A stretch of DNA of 59,653 bases, filler included. It is 6 parts of 6 records of this genome, joined end to end, with 100 filler letters (N's around TTAATTAATTAA, not from the genome) between each part and the next. Parts side by side here need not be neighbours in the genome. Positions count along the whole stretch, not along the records: positions 9,894 to 25,540 come from SRR31156797_6976; 5 more parts are not named here. One strand, given 5' to 3'. The notes beneath the pieces are model-generated. The model did not search any database. It saw only the letters and a program-made list of their open reading frames with translations, and was not told the DNA's origin. Made by a program: the position numbers and the translations under genes. Of the stretch, positions 9,894-20,476 are shown one piece after another. Within the stretch, counting starts at the first letter, position 1, and each line of letters opens with the position of its first letter.

Positions 9894-10040
9894 ATTTACC
9901 ACCTGAACTTTTTCGTTTTCAATGATATTGGCCTCATCCATCAAGTCCTCGTCAATGGTAATACTACCCACATAATTTAAATTTGCTTCGGTAACCGAAA
10001 CATTATGCAACTTAGACTTTACAACTTCAACATGCATCAT
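9894..10040 (-). CDS. panD: Aspartate 1-decarboxylase, 5' fragment
   Basis: [23 protein letters not shown] contains the G-S self-cleavage site. Overlaps the panC stop. Confidence 0.95.
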
Positions 10041-10888
10041 GAATGTTTTTTGTAAATCAAATTATCAATCAATCTTATTTTATCTGCAAATACTGCTATA
10101 CAACCTACAATATAATCACTATCGTCCCAACTATCCAAAGGTTGTAAAGAGTCTCCATCTACTATATTAAAATACTCTACTTCTAATAAGGCAGATTCGT
10201 TTATCTTTTCCGTTACAAAATTAATAACTTCTTTTAAATTATCCGTTCCAATTAGCTTTTTAGATTCAAACAATGTTTTAGAAATCAAAGTTGACTCCGT
10301 TCTTTGCTCTTTAGTCAATCGCGTATTTCTGGAACTCATCGCCAAGCCATCAGCTTCTCTAACTATGTCTCCGGGAATAATTTCAATATTATAATCCAGC
10401 ATTTTTGTCATTTCCTTAATAATGGCTAATTGCTGAAAATCCTTTAATCCAAAAAATGCTTTATCAGGCATGACCATATCAAACAAACGACTGACAACCT
10501 GCGCTACACCATTAAAATGTCCAGGTCTGAACTCACCTTCCATTACCTTGTCCAATTTACCAAATTCAAATACTCGTGTATCTTCCTCAGGATATACTTC
10601 ATCAACATTGGGTGTAAATAAAATATGGCAAGCCGTTTTTTCCAATAATGCCATATCATTTTCAACTGTTCGCGGATAATTCTTTAAATCATCTGCATTA
10701 TTAAACTGGTTTGGATTAACAAAAATGCTCACTACAACCACATCTGTTGCACGACCAGCTAATTCCACTAAGCTTAAATGCCCCTCGTGCAAAGCGCCCA
10801 TGGTTGGAACAAAACCAACTGTCTTCCCCTCTGCTTTGCATTTTTCAATCGCCTTCTTAAGCTCCTCTCTTTTAGAAACAATGTTCAT
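10037..10888 (-). CDS. panC: Pantoate--beta-alanine ligase
   Basis: [37 protein letters not shown] and RLIDN motifs. Confidence 0.98.
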   Translation of the reverse strand: MNIVSKREELKKAIEKCKAEGKTVGFVPTMGALHEGHLSLVELAGRATDVVVVSIFVNPNQFNNADDLKNYPRTVENDMALLEKTACHILFTPNVDEVYPEEDTRVFEFGKLDKVMEGEFRPGHFNGVAQVVSRLFDMVMPDKAFFGLKDFQQLAIIKEMTKMLDYNIEIIPGDIVREADGLAMSSRNTRLTKEQRTESTLISKTLFESKKLIGTDNLKEVINFVTEKINESALLEVEYFNIVDGDSLQPLDSWDDSDYIVGCIAVFADKIRLIDNLIYKKHS

Positions 10889-11071
10889 ATCTCAATTTCA
10901 AAAAACCCCGCAAAGTAAATAATTTAATCTTTACTATAAAAGCATAAAAATCACATATTTTGTTCATTTTATTACTTGAACACTAAACACCACCAAGCGC
11001 ACCTCAGTAACTCTTATACATTGGTTTATAAATCATAACACCTTACTAACTTTACAATAAAACCCTACATC

Positions 11072-11103
11072 TTTGTATAGGAAGTTTATTTTTGCTAATT
11101 TTG
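11072..11103 (+). promoter_or_regulatory. Bacteroidota sigmaA-type promoter (-33 TTTG, -7 TAnnTTTG)
   Basis: TTTG at 11072-11075 and TAATTTTG at 11096-11103, 20 nt apart, upstream of the ATG at 11149. Confidence 0.65.
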
Positions 11104-11148
11104 CAGCCTATTATTTTCACATAAAGCAATTATCACCAACAAAATAAA

Positions 11149-11958
11149 ATGGAAAAAACAAAGGTTTTATTTATTTCCCAAGAAATCACACCATACTTAC
11201 CAGAAACAGAGATGTCTAAAATAGGTAGATATTTACCTCAGGGCATTCAGGAAAAAGGAAAAGAAATCAGAACATTTATGCCTCGCTTTGGATGTATTAA
11301 CGAACGTAGAAATCAACTACATGAAGTTATACGTTTATCTGGTATGAATTTGATTATTGATGATACCGATCACCCATTAATTATTAAGGTAGCTTCTATT
11401 CAGGCTGCTCGTATGCAGGTTTACTTTATAGATAATGAAGATTATTTTCACAGAAAATCGACATTAGTTAATAAAGAAGGTAAAGAGCATGAAGATAACG
11501 ACGAAAGAGCTATCTTTTTTGCCCGAGGTGTATTAGAAACAACCAAAAAATTAAGATGGACTCCGGATATTATCCACTGTCACGGATGGTTTACGGGTTT
11601 GGTTCCATTATACATTAAAAAGGCTATGAACGAGGATCCGCACTTTGCGAATTCTAAATTAGTTTATAGTGTTTATAACGATGATTTCACCAATACTTTC
11701 CCGGATTCTTTCCCGGAAAAATTTCAGTTAGAAGGTGTTGAAAGTCAGGATTACGAAAACCTTACTCCTTTTGATTTTAAAAACCTTAGTAAGTTAGCGA
11801 TTAACTTTAGTGATGGAGTTATCCAGGGAAATCCTAATGCTAATCAGGAAATTATTGATTACGCAAAAGCATCAGGTAAGCCGTTCCTTGATTTTCATAA
11901 TGAAGAAACATACATCGATGCATATGATCAATTTTACGATCATTTACTAGGCAAATAA
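11149..11958 (+). CDS. Glycogen/starch synthase-like protein (GT5 N-terminal catalytic domain only)
   Basis: EITPYLP, RTFMPRFG, DNDERAIFF and PDIIHCHGW motifs. Only 269 aa, in the usual Bacteroidota position divergent from panC. Confidence 0.88.
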   Translation: MEKTKVLFISQEITPYLPETEMSKIGRYLPQGIQEKGKEIRTFMPRFGCINERRNQLHEVIRLSGMNLIIDDTDHPLIIKVASIQAARMQVYFIDNEDYFHRKSTLVNKEGKEHEDNDERAIFFARGVLETTKKLRWTPDIIHCHGWFTGLVPLYIKKAMNEDPHFANSKLVYSVYNDDFTNTFPDSFPEKFQLEGVESQDYENLTPFDFKNLSKLAINFSDGVIQGNPNANQEIIDYAKASGKPFLDFHNEETYIDAYDQFYDHLLGK

Positions 11959-12002
11959 TCTTTTTATACTACTTTTGAGTGCAAACACAAAACACGATTT
12001 TT

Positions 12003-13508
12003 ATGCAAATTCGGTTGGCAATAATTGCATTTGCCGTTTTCATTATATCATCTTGTAAAGATGAACCTGCAGAAATTGCCGGAAGCCTATTTGGAGATAA
12101 CTTAATCAATGCCAAAGAATATATTGCAGGCAGCAACGAGGTAAGCTTACAAAATGTAGAAGGTGAAGTTGTAACATTCAACCAATATACCTACCTCCTT
12201 TTAGGTGAGTATTACGATTCTCAATTTGGTTATCTAAAATCAGATTTTGCCAGCGGATTAAGTGTAACACCAGCAACTATTGATTCTATAGAGATAAATT
12301 CTAGTGAAGAAATAGACACGCTCATATTTATGTCGTGTACTTTTGATATTACATACTATGATGGCTCATGGTATGGGGATACCACAGCTTTACATCATGC
12401 TTCATTTTTTGAGGTGACAGAATCTCTAGAGAACGCACCCAACACTTCTGATTTTAATCCTAACAATTATAGTAACGATACTCCTATTGGAGAACTTGAA
12501 TATGGCATAAATAAGGTAAGTCAGAAAACAGCTATCATAAGAAACAATGATACCGTGTTCCATTATCTGTTATCGGCTAATATCGACGATGAAATTGGTG
12601 AAAGAATATTGCAGGCAGACTGGAGAAATCTTACTGATTCCAAAGAATATAATAGTAAACTAGATAGTTTACTTAAAGGAATATATATAACTTCAAATAA
12701 AGCGGATGAGAATAACGAGGGTTCTGTTTTGAAATTAGACTATAGAAACGTAAGTCAAAGATTAACCATTCACTATTGCAGAGTTGACACTGTAAAAGAT
12801 ACTGAAAAAGACTCAATTATTTCAATTGATATAGATACAACAGATATTTATTTCCCAATTAATGTTGAACAACCTATAGCCATGCAATACAAAAGGGATT
12901 ACACGGGCTCAGATGTTGATTTGGAAACACCTAATCCTGATAAGATTTATTTATCGAGCTATGGTGGTAGTATGGCCAAACTTAATATTTCAGATGAATT
13001 AATTAAAAATTGGAAAGAAATACTTCCTGAAGAAGATGAAATATCAGAAGCTAAATCTATTCAAAGCCTTTCATCCGTTACTCTTCAGCTATATGTAGAT
13101 ACATTAGATAATAATCATGCTTATGCACCAGAATATCTTTATTTGTACTATTTGAATGAAAACAACGAGCTATCAGCGCCAAAATATGTAAGTAGCAGCG
13201 AAACAGACCTCCCTATTATGGGATCGGGATCAAATCTCACTAGTGCTGCCTTAAGTTCGGACTACTCATACGTTTTTAATTTAAAAGTTGATTTCTTTAA
13301 AGAATTAATCTATCCTAGTCAGGAAGAAAACTCAACAAGAAAACTAAAAGAATTATACATAAGCACAGAACCTTATACTAGTACTAAGCCGTATACTATG
13401 AATCAACAATTCGTCTTCAGAAAAGTGCTTCTTAACGGATTTACAGTTACAAAAAGTGAAACTATTAAACCGTCTAAATTTTCGGTTAAGTATGTTGAAG
13501 CTCAATAA
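12003..13508 (+). CDS. DUF4270 family lipoprotein
   Basis: Lipobox IISSC after the ATG at 12003 (the ORF track starts at GTG 11979). LLGEYYD..FG..KSDF and LKGIYI motifs; typical position between the GT5 gene and glmS. Confidence 0.7.
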   Translation: MQIRLAIIAFAVFIISSCKDEPAEIAGSLFGDNLINAKEYIAGSNEVSLQNVEGEVVTFNQYTYLLLGEYYDSQFGYLKSDFASGLSVTPATIDSIEINSSEEIDTLIFMSCTFDITYYDGSWYGDTTALHHASFFEVTESLENAPNTSDFNPNNYSNDTPIGELEYGINKVSQKTAIIRNNDTVFHYLLSANIDDEIGERILQADWRNLTDSKEYNSKLDSLLKGIYITSNKADENNEGSVLKLDYRNVSQRLTIHYCRVDTVKDTEKDSIISIDIDTTDIYFPINVEQPIAMQYKRDYTGSDVDLETPNPDKIYLSSYGGSMAKLNISDELIKNWKEILPEEDEISEAKSIQSLSSVTLQLYVDTLDNNHAYAPEYLYLYYLNENNELSAPKYVSSSETDLPIMGSGSNLTSAALSSDYSYVFNLKVDFFKELIYPSQEENSTRKLKELYISTEPYTSTKPYTMNQQFVFRKVLLNGFTVTKSETIKPSKFSVKYVEAQ

Positions 13509-13531
13509 GAAATAATTACACTAAGATATAC

Positions 13532-13560
13532 TACTGCCATTCTTTACCAGAATGGCAGTA
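13532..13560 (+). terminator. Intrinsic terminator-like hairpin
   Basis: Perfect 12-bp inverted repeat TACTGCCATTCT-TTACC-AGAATGGCAGTA followed by TTT. Confidence 0.7.
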
Positions 13561-13645
13561 TTTATATATACACGTTTCTGATTTAGAATTCACATTGTTT
13601 TACTATTTTAGCCATCAACCTTGTCTTTCTAAAAAACAAATCGGC

Positions 13646-15598
13646 ATGCAACACAGAAATCTAACACCACAAGAAATTCAAAATCTTGAAAATCAAAACT
13701 GTCAATCAGTTAACGGCTGGGACAAAATTTGGGTTAACGATGGATTTCAAACCTCACATATAAAAAACGTTGTTTTTTCTGGCCAAAACTACCTGGGCAG
13801 TTTCTCCGAAATAATTGAATTTCAAGAAGGATATACTGACTATAGTGGCATTTATAATGCGCATATTCATAATTGTACCATACACGATAATTGCTATATC
13901 AAGAACATTGGAAATGCCATCTCTAATTATGAGATTAAAGCAAACACAATTATCGTTAATTGTAGTTCAATCAATGTAGTAGGCGAAAGTACATTCGGGA
14001 ATGGTATTCATGTTGCTTGCATCAACGAAGGAGGAGGAAGAGAGGTATGCATTTATGATGAATTGTCCGTTCATACAGCCTATTTAATGGCTTTCTATAA
14101 GCACAAACCTAAATTTACCGAAAGCCTGAAAAATAATATTAAAACGTATGCCAATAGCAAAAAATCGAATATTGGAACCATTGGAGAAAACACACGATTA
14201 ATTAATTGCGGTGATATTCTTAATACCAACATTGGAGATTATGCAGAACTCAAAGGGATTGAATTAATTAATAACGCTACAGTAAAAAGTTCTAAACCAG
14301 CTCCAACTTTTCTGGGTCATGGTATAAATATTAAAGATACCATAGTATTAGATGGAGCTCAGGTAAGCGATAAAGCCTTTTTACGCCATTGCTTTGTTGG
14401 TCAAGGTTGTGAAATAGCCAATAGTTATTCTGCAGAAAATTCCTTGTTTTTTGCCAATAGTCAGTGTCTACTCGGTGAAGCATGTAGCATATTTGCCGGT
14501 CCTTATACTGTCACCCATCACAAATCTACCTTATTAATTGCCGGATATTATTCATTTTTTAATGCGGGTAGTGGTACAAACCAAAGTAATCACATGTATA
14601 AATTAGGTCCCCTTCATCAAGGAGTTATTGAAAGAGGAGGAAAAACCGGAAGCGATTCTTACATACTATGGCCGGGACATATTGGCGCTTTCACCATGGT
14701 TTTAGGTCGCCATTATGGGAACCCGGATATTTCAGAACTCCCTTTTTCATATTTAATTGAAGATGCAGGAAAAAGCGTACTCATGCCGGCACAAAATATA
14801 TTTACAGTTGGTACTACTCGTGACGTGGAAAAATGGCCCAAAAGAGACAAGCGAAAAGGAGATCAACTCCTGGATTATATCATCACCGAAGCATTAAATC
14901 CTTATACCGTAAATAAGATTACAGATGCTATTAAAACCTTAAACGGGATATTAGAAAAAACTCCTTCTGAGAGGAAAAATATCATGTTTAAGAATGTCCA
15001 GCTATCATTAACCGCTATAAATAGAGGAATTAAACTATACGAACAGGCTTTGGTCAAATATGTTGGCGATGAATTGATAAATATTCTAAAACATACGAAT
15101 TTTGATACAATAAGAAATGAGCATATCAATCAACCTAAACGTTGGGTTGATTTGGCAGGATTAATTTGCAATACTGAAAGTCTGGATACATTTATTTCCA
15201 AAACTGAAAATGGAAATACATCTATTGAAAACTGGAATAGTTTCTTCCAAAATGAGTTTGAACAGTATGAGATCTTAAAAAAGCAACATGCATTATCGAT
15301 CTTAAAGCAATATTTTAGCATTGATATAGAAGTTTGTTCTCAACAGGATATTAAATTGTTTTTGGAAAACTATCTGGATGCGAACGAGAAAATTAAAAAT
15401 GCCATCGTAATGGATGCTAAAAAAGAGTTTAATGTTAAAAGTAAGATTGGTTTTGGAATTGACGATCCGCTAAATAATCGTGAAGAAGATTTTATTCAGG
15501 TGCGTGGCGATTGGAATAAAAATAGTTTTATTCTGGAAATTAAAGAGAACTTTAATCTGCTCAAAGCTGATGTTGATAGTATAATTAACATGCTGTAA
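13646..15598 (+). CDS. DUF4954 family protein (left-handed beta-helix-like)
   Basis: Probable start MQHRNLT. Hexapeptide-like region and motifs GEACSIFAGPYTVTHHKSTLLIAG and NQSNHMYKLGP. Confidence 0.8.
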   Translation: MQHRNLTPQEIQNLENQNCQSVNGWDKIWVNDGFQTSHIKNVVFSGQNYLGSFSEIIEFQEGYTDYSGIYNAHIHNCTIHDNCYIKNIGNAISNYEIKANTIIVNCSSINVVGESTFGNGIHVACINEGGGREVCIYDELSVHTAYLMAFYKHKPKFTESLKNNIKTYANSKKSNIGTIGENTRLINCGDILNTNIGDYAELKGIELINNATVKSSKPAPTFLGHGINIKDTIVLDGAQVSDKAFLRHCFVGQGCEIANSYSAENSLFFANSQCLLGEACSIFAGPYTVTHHKSTLLIAGYYSFFNAGSGTNQSNHMYKLGPLHQGVIERGGKTGSDSYILWPGHIGAFTMVLGRHYGNPDISELPFSYLIEDAGKSVLMPAQNIFTVGTTRDVEKWPKRDKRKGDQLLDYIITEALNPYTVNKITDAIKTLNGILEKTPSERKNIMFKNVQLSLTAINRGIKLYEQALVKYVGDELINILKHTNFDTIRNEHINQPKRWVDLAGLICNTESLDTFISKTENGNTSIENWNSFFQNEFEQYEILKKQHALSILKQYFSIDIEVCSQQDIKLFLENYLDANEKIKNAIVMDAKKEFNVKSKIGFGIDDPLNNREEDFIQVRGDWNKNSFILEIKENFNLLKADVDSIINML

Positions 15599-15659
15599 TA
15601 CGTGTACTAAGTAAGTTTTTTGTCTAAAATATATTGTTGAATATAAAATAACCTAATAT

Positions 15660-17495
15660 ATGTGTGGAATTGTAGCATACGTAGGTGATCAGGTTGCCTA
15701 CCCTATTTTAATAAAAGGATTACAGCGATTGGAATATCGTGGATATGACTCAGCAGGTGTTGCACTTGTAAATTCAGATACGCATACATACAAATGTTTG
15801 GGTAAGGTTAAAGATTTGGAAAACCATGCCAAAGGAAAACATTTATCCGGCACCATTGGTATAGGACATACCAGATGGGCTACTCATGGAGAACCCAGCG
15901 ATATTAATGCACACCCTCATACCTCAATGAATGGCAAATTCACTTTAGTGCATAACGGAATTATCGAAAACTATGCTCACTTAAAAAAGGAGTTAATAGC
16001 CCGCGGATATGAATTCCAAAGTGAAACGGATACAGAGGTATTAGTTAATCTTATCGAAAATATATACCTGGAAAAACAAGTTAATGCAGAAATCGCAGTT
16101 CGCCTGGCTTTATCTAAGGTAATTGGAGCCTATGGTTTAGTTATTTCATGTGTTGATGAAAAAGATAAATTGATTGCAGCCCGTAAAGGAAGTCCATTGG
16201 TAATTGGAGTTGGAAATCAGGAATATTTCCTTGCTTCGGATGCATCCCCTATTGTTGAATATACCGATCAGGTTATTTATATGAATGATGAAGATGTTGC
16301 GATCATTACAAAGGATGACCTAATTCTTAAAAACATTCAAAATGATGCTCAAAAACCCAAAATTCAAAAAGTTGAACTAACTATTGATGAAATTGACAAA
16401 GGCGATTATGAGCACTATATGTTAAAAGAAATATACGAGCAGCCTACTTCTATTTCTGATACTTTTAGGGGACGTATATCTATTGATAAAACAAAAATAT
16501 TCCTTGGTGGTATTGTGGATGTAATGCCTAAATTAAACCAGGCCAAAAGAATAATTATAATCGCTTGTGGTACCTCTTGGCATGCAGGTATGGTTGGTGA
16601 ATATTTATTCGAAGAATTTGCCCGAATTCCTGTAGAAGTTGAGTACGCTTCCGAGTTTAGATATCGAAATCCGGTGATCAATTCAGATGATGTTGTTATT
16701 GCCATTTCTCAGAGTGGGGAAACTGCAGACACTTTGGCTGCTATTAAAATGGCCAAAGAACAAGGAGCTACTATTCTTGGTATCTGTAATGTGGTTGGTT
16801 CTTCCATTCCAAGAGAAACACATGCTGGTGTATATACCCATGCAGGTCCAGAAATTGGTGTTGCTTCCACTAAAGCATTTACATCTCAGGTAACTGTACT
16901 TACGATGATGGCATTTATGCTGGGAAGAAAAAGAGGTTCTTTATATGATGAGCTATACAAACAATTGATTCATGAATTAACGCTGGTTCCAGAAAAGATT
17001 AAAATTATTCTTGAATCAGAACCTTATATCAAAGGGATTGCTGAAATGTACAAAGAGGCAACTAATGCCTTATACTTAGGTAGAGGATACCTATTCCCCG
17101 TTGCTCTTGAAGGCGCTCTTAAGTTAAAAGAGATATCATACATTCATGCTGAGGGTTATCCAGCAGCAGAAATGAAACATGGTCCTATCGCTCTCATTGA
17201 TGAAAACATGCCTGTTTTTGTATTGGCAACAAAAGACAAATCTTACGAAAAAATTGTAAGTAATATTCAGGAAGTGAAAGCTCGTAATGGAAAAGTGATT
17301 GCAATTGTTACAGAGGGAGATGAGACTATTAAGAAATTAGCAGATCATGTAATTGAAGTTCCTGATTCACACGAAGCAGTTGCGCCTTTATTAACAGTCA
17401 TTCCACTTCAGATTATTTCTTACCATATTGCTGTACTAAGAGGTTGTAATGTTGATCAACCCCGAAACCTGGCTAAATCGGTAACTGTAGAATAA
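15660..17495 (+). CDS. glmS: Glutamine--fructose-6-phosphate transaminase (isomerizing)
   Basis: MCGIV N-terminus, GHTRWATHG, SQSGETAD, and C-terminal PRNLAKSVTVE. Confidence 0.99.
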   Translation: MCGIVAYVGDQVAYPILIKGLQRLEYRGYDSAGVALVNSDTHTYKCLGKVKDLENHAKGKHLSGTIGIGHTRWATHGEPSDINAHPHTSMNGKFTLVHNGIIENYAHLKKELIARGYEFQSETDTEVLVNLIENIYLEKQVNAEIAVRLALSKVIGAYGLVISCVDEKDKLIAARKGSPLVIGVGNQEYFLASDASPIVEYTDQVIYMNDEDVAIITKDDLILKNIQNDAQKPKIQKVELTIDEIDKGDYEHYMLKEIYEQPTSISDTFRGRISIDKTKIFLGGIVDVMPKLNQAKRIIIIACGTSWHAGMVGEYLFEEFARIPVEVEYASEFRYRNPVINSDDVVIAISQSGETADTLAAIKMAKEQGATILGICNVVGSSIPRETHAGVYTHAGPEIGVASTKAFTSQVTVLTMMAFMLGRKRGSLYDELYKQLIHELTLVPEKIKIILESEPYIKGIAEMYKEATNALYLGRGYLFPVALEGALKLKEISYIHAEGYPAAEMKHGPIALIDENMPVFVLATKDKSYEKIVSNIQEVKARNGKVIAIVTEGDETIKKLADHVIEVPDSHEAVAPLLTVIPLQIISYHIAVLRGCNVDQPRNLAKSVTVE

Positions 17496-17514
17496 AACTT
17501 AACATCTTATATAC

Positions 17515-17543
17515 AAAAAAAGCCGGTCATGCCGGCTTTTTTT
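17515..17543. terminator. Bidirectional intrinsic terminator between glmS and rfbB
   Basis: AAAAAAAGCCGG-TCATG-CCGGCTTTTTTT between convergent genes. Confidence 0.85.
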
Positions 17544-17563
17544 ATATTTAATATTTTCTATAC

Positions 17564-18616
17564 TTATCTATCTTTATATTGTTCCTGATAGTAACTTTCA
17601 TAAGAACCATCTACAATATTATTCAACCAATTTTCATTCTCTAAATACCAATCTATGGTTTTCTCTATACCCTCTTCAAATTGAAGTGATGGTTTCCAGC
17701 CCAGTTCATTCATTAGTTTAGAAGAATCGATGGCATATCTCATATCATGACCAGCTCTATCTTTTACGAAAGTAATTAAACTTGCACAAGTTCCCGGTTC
17801 TCTATTTAATTTAACATCCAGAATCTCACACATCTTTTTAATTAAATCAATATTGGTCCATTCGTTTATTCCACCAATATTATAGGTTTCACCATTTTTA
17901 CCTTCATGATAAATTTTATCAATGGCAGATGCATGATCAATCACATATAACCAATCTCTTACATTTTCTCCTTTCCCATAAATAGGAATCGGTTTCATGT
18001 TTTTAATATTATTGATCGCTAATGGAATTAATTTCTCAGGAAACTGGTTAGGTCCATAATTATTGGAACAATTAGAAACCACAATTGGTAATCCATAGGT
18101 ATGATGATATGCTCTTACCAAGTGATCACTACTTGCTTTTGATGAAGAATAAGGGCTACGTGGGTCATATGCTGTTGTTTCGGTAAACAATCCCGTTTCT
18201 CCTAATGAACCGTACACCTCATCGGTTGAAATATGATAGAACAATTTTCCTTCATAATTATCTTTCCAGATACTTTTAGCTGCATTTAATAAATTAACCG
18301 TCCCCAGTATGTTCGTTCTTATAAAAGATAAGGGATCTGATATTGAACGATCCACATGGGATTCTGCAGCCAAATGAATAACACCATCGAACTGATGTTC
18401 CTGAAAAAGATTATTCATATCATTTTCAGAAACAATATCTCCTTTTACGAAAGTATAGTTAGGTTCATTTTCGATATCTTTTAAGTTCTCAAGATTACCT
18501 GCATAGGTCAATGCATCCAAATTAATGATGTGGTATTGTGGATACTTTTTTACGAACAAACGAACAACGTGTGATCCAATAAAACCAGCTCCTCCGGTTA
18601 TAAGTATTTTTTTCAT
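17564..18616 (-). CDS. rfbB: dTDP-glucose 4,6-dehydratase
   Basis: Probable start MKKILITGGAGFIGSH. HLAAESHVDRSI, STDEVYG and YSSSK motifs. Confidence 0.97.
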   Translation of the reverse strand: MKKILITGGAGFIGSHVVRLFVKKYPQYHIINLDALTYAGNLENLKDIENEPNYTFVKGDIVSENDMNNLFQEHQFDGVIHLAAESHVDRSISDPLSFIRTNILGTVNLLNAAKSIWKDNYEGKLFYHISTDEVYGSLGETGLFTETTAYDPRSPYSSSKASSDHLVRAYHHTYGLPIVVSNCSNNYGPNQFPEKLIPLAINNIKNMKPIPIYGKGENVRDWLYVIDHASAIDKIYHEGKNGETYNIGGINEWTNIDLIKKMCEILDVKLNREPGTCASLITFVKDRAGHDMRYAIDSSKLMNELGWKPSLQFEEGIEKTIDWYLENENWLNNIVDGSYESYYQEQYKDR

Positions 18617-18670
18617 ATAATTTATTTCCATTTTCTATATACAAAACTACAAAAGATATTCTATTTCATT

Positions 18671-18695
18671 AAAAAAGCCTCAAATGAGGCTTTTT
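18671..18695 (-). terminator. Intrinsic terminator
   Basis: AAAAAAGCCTCA-AA-TGAGGCTTTTT downstream of the 130-aa membrane gene. Confidence 0.7.
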
Positions 18696-18716
18696 AACAA
18701 TATTTCTTAACGTGAA

Positions 18717-19109
18717 TTATTTCTTATAATAAGGATCTTTCATACAGGTAATAAAGCAATAAATAAAAAATGCATTAAACAATAAACCAACCAAATTAAA
18801 AGTTGTAATATTTCCAATTAATCCTAATCCTGTAAATATTAAAGCAATAATTACAGCCCACATCTGCCCCTTAAACAATCCAATGGTAACAAATATTCCA
18901 AGAATTAAAAAAGGCAATAATATAATGGCTAACACAGTTGTTCCAAGTCCTGCCATCATAGCCATACCTGAACTTTCCATTAAACCAGCGATTAATGAAC
19001 CTCCGAGAAACAATAATATCAGTCCGATGAAACCAAAACCAATTCCTATTGCATTTAAAACACCGACTGCTGTTCCTTGCCAGGGTCTGCTGATTACCAG
19101 ATTTTCCAT
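18717..19109 (-). CDS. Small multi-pass membrane protein of unknown function
   Basis: 130 aa with about four hydrophobic segments, flanked by terminators. Confidence 0.7.
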   Translation of the reverse strand: MENLVISRPWQGTAVGVLNAIGIGFGFIGLILLFLGGSLIAGLMESSGMAMMAGLGTTVLAIILLPFLILGIFVTIGLFKGQMWAVIIALIFTGLGLIGNITTFNLVGLLFNAFFIYCFITCMKDPYYKK

Positions 19110-19147
19110 ATTTTTAAAGTTTAGATTTATTTTATCGATATGAAGAT

Positions 19148-19184
19148 AAAAAAAGGCTGCTAATTTTTAAAATTAACAGCCTTT
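19148..19184 (-). terminator. Intrinsic terminator after galE
   Basis: Imperfect inverted repeat AAAGGCTG...CAGCCTTT with an A-run that reads as a U-tail on the minus strand. Confidence 0.6.
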
Positions 19185-19228
19185 ATCTAATTCATATTTT
19201 TGATTATTAAATCTTCAAACAATATAGT

Positions 19229-20257
19229 TTAGCTTATTCCTCTTACATTTTTTTCCCACTTCCATGCCGAAGCTAACGTTTCTTCTAGTGATTTTTCTGA
19301 TTTCCAACCTAATTCAGCATTTCCATAAGAAGTGTCTGCCCAAATCTTCTCGATATCTCCTCCTCTTCTTGGTGCAACTTTATACTTTAAATCCACCTTG
19401 TTCACTTCGATAAAAGCTTTAACCAGCTGCATTACCGAATACCCCTCTCCAGTTCCAACGTTAAAGAATTCGTAATTACTTTTCTGCTTGCTTTCTAATA
19501 AACGATTAATTGCCACTACGTGAGCTTTAGAAAGGTCAACTACGTTAATATAATCTCTTACAGCAGTTCCATCCGGTGTATCGTAATCATCACCAAAGAT
19601 GCTTAATTCATCGCGCAAACCAGCTGCAGTTTGGGTAATGAATGGAACCAAGTTATTTGGAACACCAACAGGAAATTCTCCAATTAAACCTGATTCGTGT
19701 GCTCCAATTGGATTAAAATATCTTAAAGCAATACAATTGGTTGCTTCATTCACTTTACAAAAGTCTCTCATGATATCCTCGCAAATTGCTTTAGTATTTC
19801 CATAGGGCGACTCTGCGGGCTTACGAGGCGTTTTCTCAGTAACTGGTAGAACATCCGGTTGACCATAAACAGTACAAGACGAAGAGAATACCATATGCTC
19901 AACTCCATACTTCTTCATGCCAGCCAATAAATTCATTAGTGAATTAAGGTTATTTCTATAATACTCTAATGGTTTTTGTACCGATTCTCCTACAGCCTTA
20001 AAAGCAGCAAAGTGAATAATAGCTTCTACCTTGGTATATTTCTGAAAGAATTGATCAGTAAGAACACTATCGGATAAATCAAACTTTTCAAATGCAGGGC
20101 GAATACCTGTTATTTTCTCAATATTATCCAGTACTTCAATTTGAGAATTTGACAGATCATCTACAATCACAACATCAAATCCTGAGTTTTGCAACTCTAC
20201 TACTGTGTGAGAACCAATATATCCGGTTCCTCCTGTAACTAATATTTGTTTGCTCAT
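19229..20257 (-). CDS. galE: UDP-glucose 4-epimerase
   Basis: ILVTGGTGYIGSH, HFAAFKAVGES, YGNTK and LRYFNPIGAH motifs. Confidence 0.97.
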   Translation of the reverse strand: MSKQILVTGGTGYIGSHTVVELQNSGFDVVIVDDLSNSQIEVLDNIEKITGIRPAFEKFDLSDSVLTDQFFQKYTKVEAIIHFAAFKAVGESVQKPLEYYRNNLNSLMNLLAGMKKYGVEHMVFSSSCTVYGQPDVLPVTEKTPRKPAESPYGNTKAICEDIMRDFCKVNEATNCIALRYFNPIGAHESGLIGEFPVGVPNNLVPFITQTAAGLRDELSIFGDDYDTPDGTAVRDYINVVDLSKAHVVAINRLLESKQKSNYEFFNVGTGEGYSVMQLVKAFIEVNKVDLKYKVAPRRGGDIEKIWADTSYGNAELGWKSEKSLEETLASAWKWEKNVRGIS

Positions 20258-20464
20258 ATCCAATTTTAAATTTAACTACTAATTTATTGAGCCCGTAAAA
20301 TTAACAAATAAACTTTCAAATCAAAGAAATATTTACGGTTCAAAACTGTTAAATATCTGTTCTTAAATTACATAACTAGTGGGTACTTGTGGGTTTTTAT
20401 TTAGTTTTCAACATGTTATCAACAGCTGTTAAAAACACCTATGTACAACAATGTTTTTTTTTAT

Positions 20465-20472
20465 TAATTTTG
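20465..20472 (+). promoter_or_regulatory. Bacteroidota -7 promoter element
   Basis: TAATTTTG 4 nt before the ATG at 20477, implying a near-leaderless transcript. Confidence 0.45.
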
Positions 20473-20476
20473 CATT

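Noticed and set aside
15600-15659. glmS ribozyme upstream of glmS
   Set aside because: The intergenic gap is only about 60 bp and AT-rich, too short for the ribozyme.
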